From an uncultured virus (IMG/VR IMGVR_UViG_3300046167_000525) (taxonomy: Duplodnaviria; Heunggongvirae; Uroviricota; Caudoviricetes; Crassvirales): DNA of 64,000 nucleotides. Positions 56,601-64,000 of the stretch are shown here, one piece after another. Numbering within the stretch: position 1 is the stretch's first letter; every line of letters starts with the position of its first letter. The translations under genes and the position numbers were made by a program. The notes below the pieces were generated by a model that searched no databases, was not told the DNA's origin, and saw only the letters and a list, made by a program, of their open reading frames with translations. The stretch lies in the IMG/VR virus record IMGVR_UViG_3300046167_000525, one strand, 5' to 3'.

Positions 56601-57732
56601 ATACATCAGCTAATTCTGGCCATATATTATCCCACTCGTCCCCTTTATTTTTGTATAAAGCATCAATACTCCTATTGAGAACTTCTGTAGTTGACTCGGA
56701 CAAACCTTCTTGACCAGCTTCTTTAGCTGTTTGCAAAGCAGCCTCTTTTAATGTTTTGCTAACTACATCTTTACTTTTTCCTGCTAAGCTTTTAAAAAGT
56801 CCTTTACCTATTTTTTTTGTTGTAAGCTCTAAAAGACCTTCAGAAAAACCAGTAGCAGTAGCTGCTATCATATTTGCTGCGTCTAATTTTTTACCTTCAG
56901 CTAATGCTTCAGTAGAGTAGTCTGCAGCAGATCCAGCTACTATGGAAGAGATTCCTACATAAGGAACAAATGCTTGCGCTATAGAAGGTATCGTACCTAT
57001 AACTTCATTAAAAGTACGTGAAACAGCTTGAGAAATATTACCCTGTATAAAGTCTTGCCCTATAGTATTGTCGTATTTAGTAAGTGTTTCTTCTATTTTT
57101 TTTGCATCATTTTTTAAATTTTCAGCAGCTTCTAATCCTGCGGATCCTGCCATTCCAATGTTACCTATTGGTCCACCAGAGAACGAACCTATTGCTTGAG
57201 CTATTCTATCTTGAGTAGCAGGGTCTAGTTCTTTAAATTTTTCAACCTCTTCTTCAAAAGCAGGCCCAGCTATACCCATAGCTGTTGTCATTTTTAATCT
57301 ATTTATAAATGCAGGTATTTGAGCTAAATTGGAACCAACTCTTAAGGCTCCACTTTTGAATTTTTTAGATGCTTCAGATTCTATTTCATCTAAAATATTA
57401 TTTTTTTCTCTATATAATTCTCTAGGCAATCTTTGTCTGTCGCTGTAGCTTAATTTTTTTTTCTCAGCAACAGTCATTGACTTATACTCTTCTAAGGTAA
57501 CTTCGTCATCTTCTTGTGAATCCGAAGGTATATCTACCGAAGGTGATTCCGTAAAACCTGCTTGTGATGCTGTCATTGGTTGCTGCACTGCATCCGCATC
57601 CTCTACAGTGCTCGTTGGAAAATCCTGTGGTTCGTCTTCAATAATTGTAGCATCTGGAAATCTTAATAAAAAAGACTCTACTTTATCTTCCGGTAAGTTA
57701 TAAGTGTTATCGTTTACTTTGTATCTTGGCAT
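50629..57732 (-). CDS. Giant internal virion (ejection) polyprotein with zincin and sigma-like domains
   Basis: 2367 aa; third and largest of three genes after the tail genes; HEFLH at aa 620; sigma region-2-like segment at aa 876-947. Confidence 0.7.
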   Translation of the reverse strand: MPRYKVNDNTYNLPEDKVESFLLRFPDATIIEDEPQDFPTSTVEDADAVQQPMTASQAGFTESPSVDIPSDSQEDDEVTLEEYKSMTVAEKKKLSYSDRQRLPRELYREKNNILDEIESEASKKFKSGALRVGSNLAQIPAFINRLKMTTAMGIAGPAFEEEVEKFKELDPATQDRIAQAIGSFSGGPIGNIGMAGSAGLEAAENLKNDAKKIEETLTKYDNTIGQDFIQGNISQAVSRTFNEVIGTIPSIAQAFVPYVGISSIVAGSAADYSTEALAEGKKLDAANMIAATATGFSEGLLELTTKKIGKGLFKSLAGKSKDVVSKTLKEAALQTAKEAGQEGLSESTTEVLNRSIDALYKNKGDEWDNIWPELADVFIIGAAAGGGMSGSGNTASVINKAVQVNSVNRTLKENNSQSVLDSFEKDPISKETINIAKNKYSGNILDIELKDKVSNGDISLEESKSIKQKFNITRKNIQLTSDLKINENLAQETIGLLDERESLSSEIAKAKGNKSLVETQQSRLNDIDSRLSEISAENKLSITTKTVEKLAKDVKGLTVKNLDNADAIVDFIEKNNIDIDSKKASNQQGFIYQNPKTGDQTIIINKEVAGKEFAVNVAAHEFLHGLLFQTVKNSPETQIALGKSLNEYINNIDAAQIKDSNFAKRLEDYKDMDEATQSEEVLTLFSDAIATGDIQFNENVFTKIGDVIRRALQNLGVKVKFNSGKDVYNFVKDYNKSIEKGKLTKAQKAITEKQAKGKLVKEKIDSEVKTDIKASKSLELQEQLDNLDEFDFDNEVDFQTAKTNLETKIRLAKKKELSKPTEEAKPKDKTKDDTKKNEKRIGDQLKAMVPPGTTNKEFKEKVAIKVIDNIDNGMLNPLIKKIAAGYGVVADNVYGKSWDDFFIEVAGVQLKKNIMAFNPESNNDLGGYIIGSQYGVRNRVKEALAKFKKEGEGGFKEDVSVAKNVIAREDAAPQEAEKRKYTPLTKSNVVPNFTITAITDKLTKVLSSLESKITDKRGDNSATTPLIAEIKKKIGKVVGDPEAAPKIVIQRLGKLKDGTYEKNLIKNKKAIIENMTTTFLMGKDSGKKVSGGIPQAIEKSVGGKFTGKKVTVNVGGKEIVQEEFIPNFVPYPEWVGQKIDREKTLVRGATAGNEIVRRVPADKVSDADFVGLFIDEKGKLIRGKREALGKAIAEEMAFEIFTKEIKNENSAISKAFEGNQEAKGVILADNFVNEVIKDADRGTVKFSMSAKSKSNIRGLLNSEIKNIKANNPEYNASIEYILNQNLLQKLDKIKTIEDLLKTLYSETIYTYGSTNIANRARIKILNLIARNTGNTISSEEIFNTFQKAVTRDLWKYEKQVIGFEYSLDNLKNNIEKGNRVKAIKDWFRNDSRVIRTQKIQIVLNGKKQNITRNLDAFNYLESQNIPLDGFEVTFNDNKTRSYIEYKGERLFNLTDVTDIKKNFELKADVINKEAQESVNYMFDTIKEGVKNGNTSAINGWIALMYEDQRGPIRKSSKIGKFVKNYKELKVADLILEHETEAYSIYKAYQNLANNYSEAKVKETKSFLDKAYVNLVDKKIDADLKAAKEEGLNDKERYRKTDKEYNLESTKFSKSIQVLDPKGKVYKPSDKFSKTMNSKFNKMLERKTGIAADETISKTIANRRGQKKGKYKIFMPSSLDDFKGLTSYTFAGKGKQGEADQKFFQDTLIDPYFKGIRAIEETRQAFKEDFRALNKQMKPVIKKLGKLVPGTEFTHDQAIRVALWNASGYEIPGISEVEKKKLVDYVNDNADLSEYARKLQQIAKRPNWAKPGDFWDAETILSDLNNLTEKVGRKEFLSEFIENASIIFSEENLNKVQAGYGKATRDALEDILYRMENGTNRPSSTTDNTNRWNTWINNSIGAIMFFNRRSALLQTLSTVNFINWSDNNPLKAAAAFANQKQYWSDFATLFNSSKLKQRRAGLKSDVNEAEIARAVKGSKNKATAALSYLLKIGFTPTQMADSFAIAAGGATFYRNRIKSYLKKVNEDGEALYTKEQAEEMAFKDFSQISEETQQSGDPALISSDQASTAGRLLLAFQNTPIQLNRSIKKAALDIKNRRRIPGQTLAQSNFSNFSKIIYYGTIQNVIFSALQNALFALIPGFEEEDDELTEEEQLEKYGKVYSTKQSRIINGMVDTTLKGGFGLPGAGISMIKNLAMEYNKQEEKEFMADHAYTILAFFNIIPSIGSKGRKIYSAIQTKRFEKDVIEKRDWDITIDGKFNLSPSYKVLGSLTEGFTNLPLDRAVTELNALTEALDYRNTVWQRVALALGWRSWDVGAENEEHELIKTEAKAKRKAEGKKKAKATRAKTKKEKAEKAKFDRIKKLNKFLD

Positions 57733-57749
57733 AATTTTATTTTATTTAA

Positions 57750-59258
57750 TTATTTTTTTTGAGATGAAGGGGTAAACGAGTTGTCTATATATTGATTAAA
57801 ATCTTCGCTTGTCAATTGAATTTCACCTTCTTTTCTTTTGTTTATATTTTCAACTCTATTAAGATATTTGTCTAAAGCAGATGATTTAGATTTATTGTCT
57901 TTTGCTTCATTAATAGTATAACCTAATTGATCAGCTAACCTTTTGTAATTAGTAGAAGCAAATTTACCAATAGGTTTCATTTTATTTCCATCTTTCTGTT
58001 CTATCACCCACCCTGGTTTTGAAGTTATTTCTTCTCCTGTTACAGGGTTTTTAACTGTATCACCTCCCTTTTCCCATCTAGCCTGTATATCTTTATTAAT
58101 AGCTGAAGATAAGGTTATCATTGGTGGATTTCCTTTTCCGTTCCATTCTTGAAGTTTAGCAAACTTTTTGGATTCTTTTATAGATCTTTTTTCTAGTTCA
58201 CTAGGCTTATATGTAGAACCTTTCTTTGTATCTTTCTTATCTTCACTTACTTTAGCAAATATATTTTTAGATTTTTTTGTTTGACGCATTAGTGAATTTA
58301 GTAAGGCATCTTTAATTAAATCTTCTTTTCCTTTACCAGTTAAGTCATCGTCATAGTCAAGATCTGGTTTGTTGCCTTTATCAAGCGTATTATTATATAA
58401 TCTTATTTTTTCCCTAGGAGATAACCCAGCTAATATCATATCAGCGTTAGGTTTTAATTGGTTTCTAAAATAATCTTCAGTAACTTTGTAGCCTGTACCT
58501 TTGCCGTCTTTTCCAACAAAAGCTCCTTCCGCTTCTCTGTATTCTCCAAATCTTGAAACAAAATCATTTGTATTCATAGTTATATTAATAGCCTCGGTCA
58601 TTTCTTTAGTAACATCTGGAATTACAGGAGGCATTTGCGTAGTTGCGACATTATCATTTATAACGCTACCCACAAACTTTTCACCGTCTTTTGTTTTTTG
58701 ATAAACATCTAAAGAAAAAACAATCTGACCGTTTTTATTTGTTTTGTATCTAGCTTTTGTACTACCTTCTATCTGGTTTGATAGAACAGCCATTTTTGCA
58801 TAAAGCTCCGGGTTCTCTTTAGGATCAACAGCTCCAGGTGTACCAGGTATTTTATTAACCTGTTCCATCATAGCTTCTTGAGACATAGCGGTGTTTTTTA
58901 ACATGTTAGCCATATTCTCACCTATGTTTTCCATGTTATTAACAAAAGTTTTTTCCGAAGCTGTTCTTTTTGCGGGATCTTTTAAAAGTATACCATTCAT
59001 AACTTCCAACTGCATATCCAAATCACCAAAATCCGCGGTAGGATTTTTTGATTGCGTTTGCATTATAGAATTTTGTGCATCAGCGACTCTCTTATCAGCT
59101 TCAGCTCTAATCGCCGCAGTTTTAGCAGCATTGTCAGCGTGTATTTTATTTATACTAGATACAATACCTGTTCCAATACCTGCTAAGGTTTTTTGCAAGT
59201 TTTGCTCAATCTGTCCAGACTGTCTGTCTATATGTTGTGTTGGATTTCTATAACTCAT
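57750..59258 (-). CDS. Internal virion protein
   Basis: 502 aa; position in the ejection-protein triplet. Confidence 0.55.
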   Translation of the reverse strand: MSYRNPTQHIDRQSGQIEQNLQKTLAGIGTGIVSSINKIHADNAAKTAAIRAEADKRVADAQNSIMQTQSKNPTADFGDLDMQLEVMNGILLKDPAKRTASEKTFVNNMENIGENMANMLKNTAMSQEAMMEQVNKIPGTPGAVDPKENPELYAKMAVLSNQIEGSTKARYKTNKNGQIVFSLDVYQKTKDGEKFVGSVINDNVATTQMPPVIPDVTKEMTEAINITMNTNDFVSRFGEYREAEGAFVGKDGKGTGYKVTEDYFRNQLKPNADMILAGLSPREKIRLYNNTLDKGNKPDLDYDDDLTGKGKEDLIKDALLNSLMRQTKKSKNIFAKVSEDKKDTKKGSTYKPSELEKRSIKESKKFAKLQEWNGKGNPPMITLSSAINKDIQARWEKGGDTVKNPVTGEEITSKPGWVIEQKDGNKMKPIGKFASTNYKRLADQLGYTINEAKDNKSKSSALDKYLNRVENINKRKEGEIQLTSEDFNQYIDNSFTPSSQKK

Positions 59259-59268
59259 ACTGTTAATT

Positions 59269-60213
59269 TTAGTTACCTGAAGGATTTACTATAGGAGGTA
59301 AGTTTATACCCATAGGATTCATCGCTACCTGCATGGCATAATTTGATGCACTATTAGCCATTTGTTGACCTTGTTGATATTGCCCAAATGTTAAATTGTT
59401 GTTTTCAACACCCGTTGTTTGATTTTGCGATGCTAAACCTGTTAATAAGTTCCCGCCAATAGAAGCTAAACCACCTATTAATCCAGCTTGATTTGCTCTT
59501 CTGTCAGCAGACGCTTGCATTCCTCTAGCTTGAGCACCTGATAATTGCGCTGATACTCTATCTAACTGTTGCATTTCTCTTTCTTCTTGAGCTCCAAACA
59601 CAAATTGTTTTCCAGCTGCTTCTAACCCTTGTACTCTTCCGCCTTCACTTATTTGAATACCTTGAACCCTTGCAGCTTCCTGCATTCTCATTCTGTCCAA
59701 TTGTTGCTCGCCTTGAGCTCTTAGTCTTTCGTTATTTGCTTCTTGTTGTTCAATATTAGCTGATACACCTTTTTTACTTTGCAAGGCTGCTTGAGCTAAA
59801 GCAGTTGCACCGCCAGCACTAGCTCCTGTAGATCTTAGAGTATCTAAAGTATTAGCTAATGATATATCAGCTTGCTCTATTTGCATTTCAGCCGCTTGAG
59901 TAGCTACACTTAAATTAGCATATGGATTAGAAAGCGATGAACTAAGGTCTTGAGCTAAACCGCTTAAATTACTTACTCCTGAATAAGGATTAGTTATCTC
60001 TTGCCTACTAGCTTCTAATGTACTTAATTTTCTCTGTAATCTAGCCTGGTCTTCCTGCGCTTTTCTTTCTGCTCTTCTTCTTCTACCGCCTCCAAATAAA
60101 GACCCTATAATCTGAACACCTCCAGATATTAAAGCGGCTGCTCCCATACTTAAAGGCTCTGCCATTTGAACATTACCTTGTCCAAAGAAAAATATTTCTA
60201 AAAATTCTATCAT
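59269..60213 (-). CDS. Internal virion/pilot protein
   Basis: G/A-rich hydrophobic ends with a Q/A-rich coiled coil. Confidence 0.6.
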   Translation of the reverse strand: MIEFLEIFFFGQGNVQMAEPLSMGAAALISGGVQIIGSLFGGGRRRRAERKAQEDQARLQRKLSTLEASRQEITNPYSGVSNLSGLAQDLSSSLSNPYANLSVATQAAEMQIEQADISLANTLDTLRSTGASAGGATALAQAALQSKKGVSANIEQQEANNERLRAQGEQQLDRMRMQEAARVQGIQISEGGRVQGLEAAGKQFVFGAQEEREMQQLDRVSAQLSGAQARGMQASADRRANQAGLIGGLASIGGNLLTGLASQNQTTGVENNNLTFGQYQQGQQMANSASNYAMQVAMNPMGINLPPIVNPSGN

Positions 60214-60225
60214 GTTGTTTGTTTT

Positions 60226-61635
60226 TTATCTTCCATAAGTTGCGCCTACTGCAAATAATTCTTTTAATCCACCTGGATCCGTTGTAGCATCTGTTTTCAT
60301 AGTTACTGTAGCATAGTAGGCTTTTATACCTGTACTGCTAGGTCCCATTATTACCTGTCCAGCTATAGGTGTAGGTGAATTGTTTGGTATCGCTGCTACA
60401 TATCTGTTTTGTTTTCTATCAAATCCTGCTCTATATTGGACATTACCATCCAAGTAAGCGCCTTCATCATAGCTATATATTTTAGTATAAGCGTTAGGAG
60501 TACCAACATCTACTGTTGCCTGATTAACATTATTAGTCCAGTTGCCATTTAATTCGTCTGCACCGGTTTCATCAGAAACTAAAGATATAACTTCCCACCC
60601 ATTGCTACCTTCGTAATTAATTGTTTTAAAAGTTTTTATAGATGTAGGCTCTGGATTTAAAACAAACTTAACAGAAGCGTAATTATTTATCCCGTAGAAT
60701 TGACCTCTTGGTATAGGATTATTACTATTATCAGTTAAAGAGTAGTGCTTATATACAGAATCTAAATTAGTTGTATAAAATTGTCCCTGAGAGCCAAACA
60801 TAAAACTAGGCTTATATGTGTAAAAACTATTCCATCCATTTATATTTTCACTAAATGACAATGTTTTATAGTCTCCATTTGATTGCTGTAAGGACATTGT
60901 ATAACTTTTATTATATATATCATAACCACCTATAATCTTACCTGTTGATGAAACTAAACCAGATTGATCTCTGAAAAAATCAGCCATACCATAGTTAGAT
61001 ATTTCGGTTATTCCATCCATAGATAATCTAAGTACAGCATTTCTATTTCTGTCAGCAAAGTACTTTTGATAACCATAAACAGCAAAAGATTCAGGATTTG
61101 TAGATATACCAAATTCACCGGCATAAGCTATTATTTGACCTATGACTAATTTAGCAGATGTTGTTATAGCGCCACCTTCAGCGGAGTATATAGCGTCTTT
61201 GTCTATTAAAGCTCTATTTACTTTTCTTTCTTGGAATATAATTAAGTTGGTATCTTCAGCATAAAGCTTTTGTATACTACCATTAATAGGATCTACACTC
61301 CTAGTTATTTCTTCTGCAACACTAAACTCATTAGTTCTATTTATACCTGTTCTTGAATTTAATACACCTGAATATATTAATGAATTTGAAAGCCTTGATT
61401 GATTATCGTTATCTTCAACTAAATAAGCTTTAACCCCGTAATCAGTGGATGTATTATTGTAACCTCCCCTAATTCTAGATTCCTCAATATACCAGTCTTG
61501 ATCAGTGTCTTCTACCTGAGGAGCTGACCATGGCAACGATGTAATAGTATTATCCACCAAATCTTCATAAGGTACATCAGATATCTTTTTAACCGCATAA
61601 GCGTTAAAGTATGGTACTTCAAGTGTTATAGACAT
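60226..61635 (-). CDS. Tail/stabilisation protein
   Basis: 469 aa, beta-rich (GSIQKL, GISTNPESFA, LRLSMDGITEIS). Confidence 0.6.
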   Translation of the reverse strand: MSITLEVPYFNAYAVKKISDVPYEDLVDNTITSLPWSAPQVEDTDQDWYIEESRIRGGYNNTSTDYGVKAYLVEDNDNQSRLSNSLIYSGVLNSRTGINRTNEFSVAEEITRSVDPINGSIQKLYAEDTNLIIFQERKVNRALIDKDAIYSAEGGAITTSAKLVIGQIIAYAGEFGISTNPESFAVYGYQKYFADRNRNAVLRLSMDGITEISNYGMADFFRDQSGLVSSTGKIIGGYDIYNKSYTMSLQQSNGDYKTLSFSENINGWNSFYTYKPSFMFGSQGQFYTTNLDSVYKHYSLTDNSNNPIPRGQFYGINNYASVKFVLNPEPTSIKTFKTINYEGSNGWEVISLVSDETGADELNGNWTNNVNQATVDVGTPNAYTKIYSYDEGAYLDGNVQYRAGFDRKQNRYVAAIPNNSPTPIAGQVIMGPSSTGIKAYYATVTMKTDATTDPGGLKELFAVGATYGR

Positions 61636-61644
61636 ATTATATTT

Positions 61645-61669
61645 ATTACTTGTTTTTTACTATTATTAC
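61645..61669 (-). promoter_or_regulatory. Class-II promoter motif
   Basis: Minus strand GTAATA-N14-GTAAT, 9 nt before ATG 61635. Confidence 0.55.
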
Positions 61670-61675
61670 TTTGAA

Positions 61676-64000
61676 TTATATAACATAGCAACTGCTGTTT
61701 GGTCCTGTTCCATATACGGCATCTCCAAATTTTACATGGAAAATTCCTGCATTAGTACCGCTACCGCAATTAGCGCCTGCCATTTTAGAAGCAATAACTC
61801 TGTATTCTCCAACAGCATCAAATTCCCAATAGTCCTCAACAAAAGCAGGTCCGCTATTATCGATTGATATTCTTTTATATCCTATAGGTGATCCAAAAGT
61901 ATTACCATTTGCTAATTGAGCTGTAGCCCAAGAAGAACTACTTGTTGCTCTGTATTGAACTAAATAATCAACATATACATCATCACTTAAAACTGTTTCT
62001 CTTTGTAAGTAAGGTTTTATATACATTTTACCTTGTGTTAAAGCACCTGTTGTTTTAGGGTTAAAAGTAGATCTGTATTTAGCATTATATATTTTATTTG
62101 GAGGGTATGCCGTATTAAATGGTGTCCCTGCATAAGTACCACTAACTTGCTCATTAGTTCCGTAAGCAAGGAATTGATATTCTATATTTTCATTACACTC
62201 AGCGTTCGTACCTCCTTGTCTTCCTGCACATATAGTTTGCGGTACCGGATCTGTACCAACAGTAAATGAAATAGTACACGTATTTGATAAGCCGAAGCCG
62301 TTAGCATCTGTAACTTTAACAATTATGCTATACGCATTTTCGTTAACCAAAGTACCTGAGTTTGCCGTTAAAACACCTGAAGAACTTATACTAAATCCAT
62401 TTAATATAGCTTGAGCGTTGCTTGAATCTAGCTCAAAAATTAACTGACTTTCTTCGTTTCCACCTGCAACATTGCTTCCGTTTTCAGCTTCAAAGCTATA
62501 AATAGCAGTAGTTCCTGTAGTTATTCCTGTTAAAGTAAGAGGGCAACTAGCAGGTAAAGTGAAAGAAGGTTGAACATTGGTAAGCGTTGCAGTGTATGTT
62601 GTATTATCAGTGTATTCTTCTCCAGCAGTTGGTTCGTATACTGTTTGAAAAGTTAAATTATAAACATCATTTGAAGGATTACTAGCTGAACTTTCACTGT
62701 ACCAGAAATATGATCCAGCGGCTGTTTTTAATTGATACTCGGCCTGTATATTTGACCAGACTAATTGAAATTGATTAGCTATATTGTTATTTTGTCCTAC
62801 ATCACTAGCTCTATAAGCTGATAATATAGCAGGTGAGGATGTAAACAAAGCATTATCTGTTATATTACTACCAGAACCATCTTTCCATATTATATTACTG
62901 CTACCTATTTGATTTTCTGGAGCAAGACTTTCTGAAAAAGAAGCAAAGTTATTTCCATCAATACCTATAATTCCTGAATATTGACTATTTATTATTTCAT
63001 TCAAAACACCGACCTTACCCTGTAGTGAAGTTTCGTAGAATAATTCTAGTACTGATTCAAATGGTTTTGTTTCAGCTATTGATAAAAATGGCTGCATACT
63101 TACTATAAGTCCACTAGCTGTTGTTCTATCTTTGTTTGTTGTATAAGCACCTATAGGACCAGGGTTAGTAGGCCTTGGTTGAGGTTTTGGAGTTTTTCCG
63201 TTTTGCACAGTGCTTATTTGCATTATAAAAGGATTAGAATCCGAATCATATAATGGCTGCAATTTAGGTGCTTGTCCCCATGGAATAGACCCAGTTGGGT
63301 TTGTGTTTTCTTCAACCCCAGTTACTGCACCTCCATATGGAGGCGTTTCATAAGTGTAACTATTAGTTGTAATAACAGATCCATATTCTCCCTCAGGAGC
63401 ATTTGCAACAAAAGGAATAGCTGAAATTTCTAAATCTCTAACTGTTGATATAGTAGTTACTCTTTGACTTAATAAATCTGGGTAATACTGTTTATTCCAA
63501 GGTGTAAATTTTTGAGGATATCCATAAGGTCTATTACCCAATGTTGCATTTGTATTTATAGCCGGATTATTTACTCTTATAAAAAGAGTTTCACTACTAC
63601 TATATTCTCTATCATTAGGCCCTACTTCGTTTAAATCTCTGGGTACTTTATTTATATTGTCACTAAGTAATACAGAGAAAGATGTTTTATCTTTTTCTGT
63701 TGAATTAAGTATAGGATAGCCGTTTACAAAACCAGGCAAGTAAACATTATAGTATTCTTGCTCTTGTTGTTTAACAACTATTTTGTATGAATACCAACCT
63801 AAAGGATTATAAGCACTAGATGTAGGGTCACCATTGTATACTCCGGGCTGGCCTCCTGTGTTTTCAGTACCTATAGCGGAATCTATTCTAACACTTAAAG
63901 CATCACCTAACCAATCTATAACTTTAGAGTTATTTTCTTGTTGAGCATACGTTTTGTATGGTGCATATACGGTTGATCCACCTTCTTCATTTTCATTGTA
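61676..64000 (-). CDS. Large tail protein, C-terminal part; open to the window end
   Basis: Frame stays open to 64000 (YNENEEGGSTVYAPY..YKIVVKQQEQEYYNVYLPG); probably continues the gene that starts at 1292. Confidence 0.7.
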   Translation of the reverse strand, partial: YNENEEGGSTVYAPYKTYAQQENNSKVIDWLGDALSVRIDSAIGTENTGGQPGVYNGDPTSSAYNPLGWYSYKIVVKQQEQEYYNVYLPGFVNGYPILNSTEKDKTSFSVLLSDNINKVPRDLNEVGPNDREYSSSETLFIRVNNPAINTNATLGNRPYGYPQKFTPWNKQYYPDLLSQRVTTISTVRDLEISAIPFVANAPEGEYGSVITTNSYTYETPPYGGAVTGVEENTNPTGSIPWGQAPKLQPLYDSDSNPFIMQISTVQNGKTPKPQPRPTNPGPIGAYTTNKDRTTASGLIVSMQPFLSIAETKPFESVLELFYETSLQGKVGVLNEIINSQYSGIIGIDGNNFASFSESLAPENQIGSSNIIWKDGSGSNITDNALFTSSPAILSAYRASDVGQNNNIANQFQLVWSNIQAEYQLKTAAGSYFWYSESSASNPSNDVYNLTFQTVYEPTAGEEYTDNTTYTATLTNVQPSFTLPASCPLTLTGITTGTTAIYSFEAENGSNVAGGNEESQLIFELDSSNAQAILNGFSISSSGVLTANSGTLVNENAYSIIVKVTDANGFGLSNTCTISFTVGTDPVPQTICAGRQGGTNAECNENIEYQFLAYGTNEQVSGTYAGTPFNTAYPPNKIYNAKYRSTFNPKTTGALTQGKMYIKPYLQRETVLSDDVYVDYLVQYRATSSSSWATAQLANGNTFGSPIGYKRISIDNSGPAFVEDYWEFDAVGEYRVIASKMAGANCGSGTNAGIFHVKFGDAVYGTGPNSSCYVI

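Noticed and set aside
50629..57732. Giant protein as a crAss- or N4-type virion RNA polymerase
   Set aside because: I found no DxDxD/DFDGD-type or T7-like catalytic motif; the acidic DEFDFDNEVD stretch lies in a linker-like region. A highly diverged RNAP cannot be fully excluded
448..59253. Numerous antisense or nested ORFs in the track (e.g. 448-804, 10597-11199, 27303-27731, 48847-49314, 58891-59253)
   Set aside because: They are shadows of longer, motif-bearing genes and have no independent signals
1..64000. Stop-codon reassignment, introns or inteins
   Set aside because: Long genes are intact in the standard code, TAG and TGA both serve as stops, and terL, nrdA and the primase-helicase show no obvious insertions

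Overview
The window is an almost complete, circularly permuted genome of a lytic podovirus-like dsDNA phage. It is AT-rich, and starts are A-rich with no Shine-Dalgarno motif, which suggests a Bacteroidota/Flavobacteriia host (inference). The minus strand carries virion and assembly genes: tail proteins, major capsid, portal, terminase, GroES/GroEL, tail fibres, LamG proteins, holin, M15 endolysin and a 2367-aa internal virion protein. The plus strand (31.7-49.7 kb) carries small early genes, a tRNA, a sigma factor and replication/nucleotide genes; no DNA polymerase or integrase is recognisable. The main candidate new system is a two-step phage sigma cascade. (1) The giant virion protein contains a zincin protease, repeated K[FA]S[KM][ST] linker motifs and an embedded sigma-70 region-2-like domain. 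(2) Twelve early promoters share the invariant motif ACA-N6-AYACGA-N9-GATAATAT, and the last one drives a free-standing sigma gene. (3) A second motif, GTAAWA-N13/14-GTAAK, precedes the middle and late operons. A second highlight is a thymidylate synthase with Asp at the dUMP-specifying Asn position, next to two NTP pyrophosphatase-like genes, which suggests dCMP methylation. All calls are by eye, without database searches.
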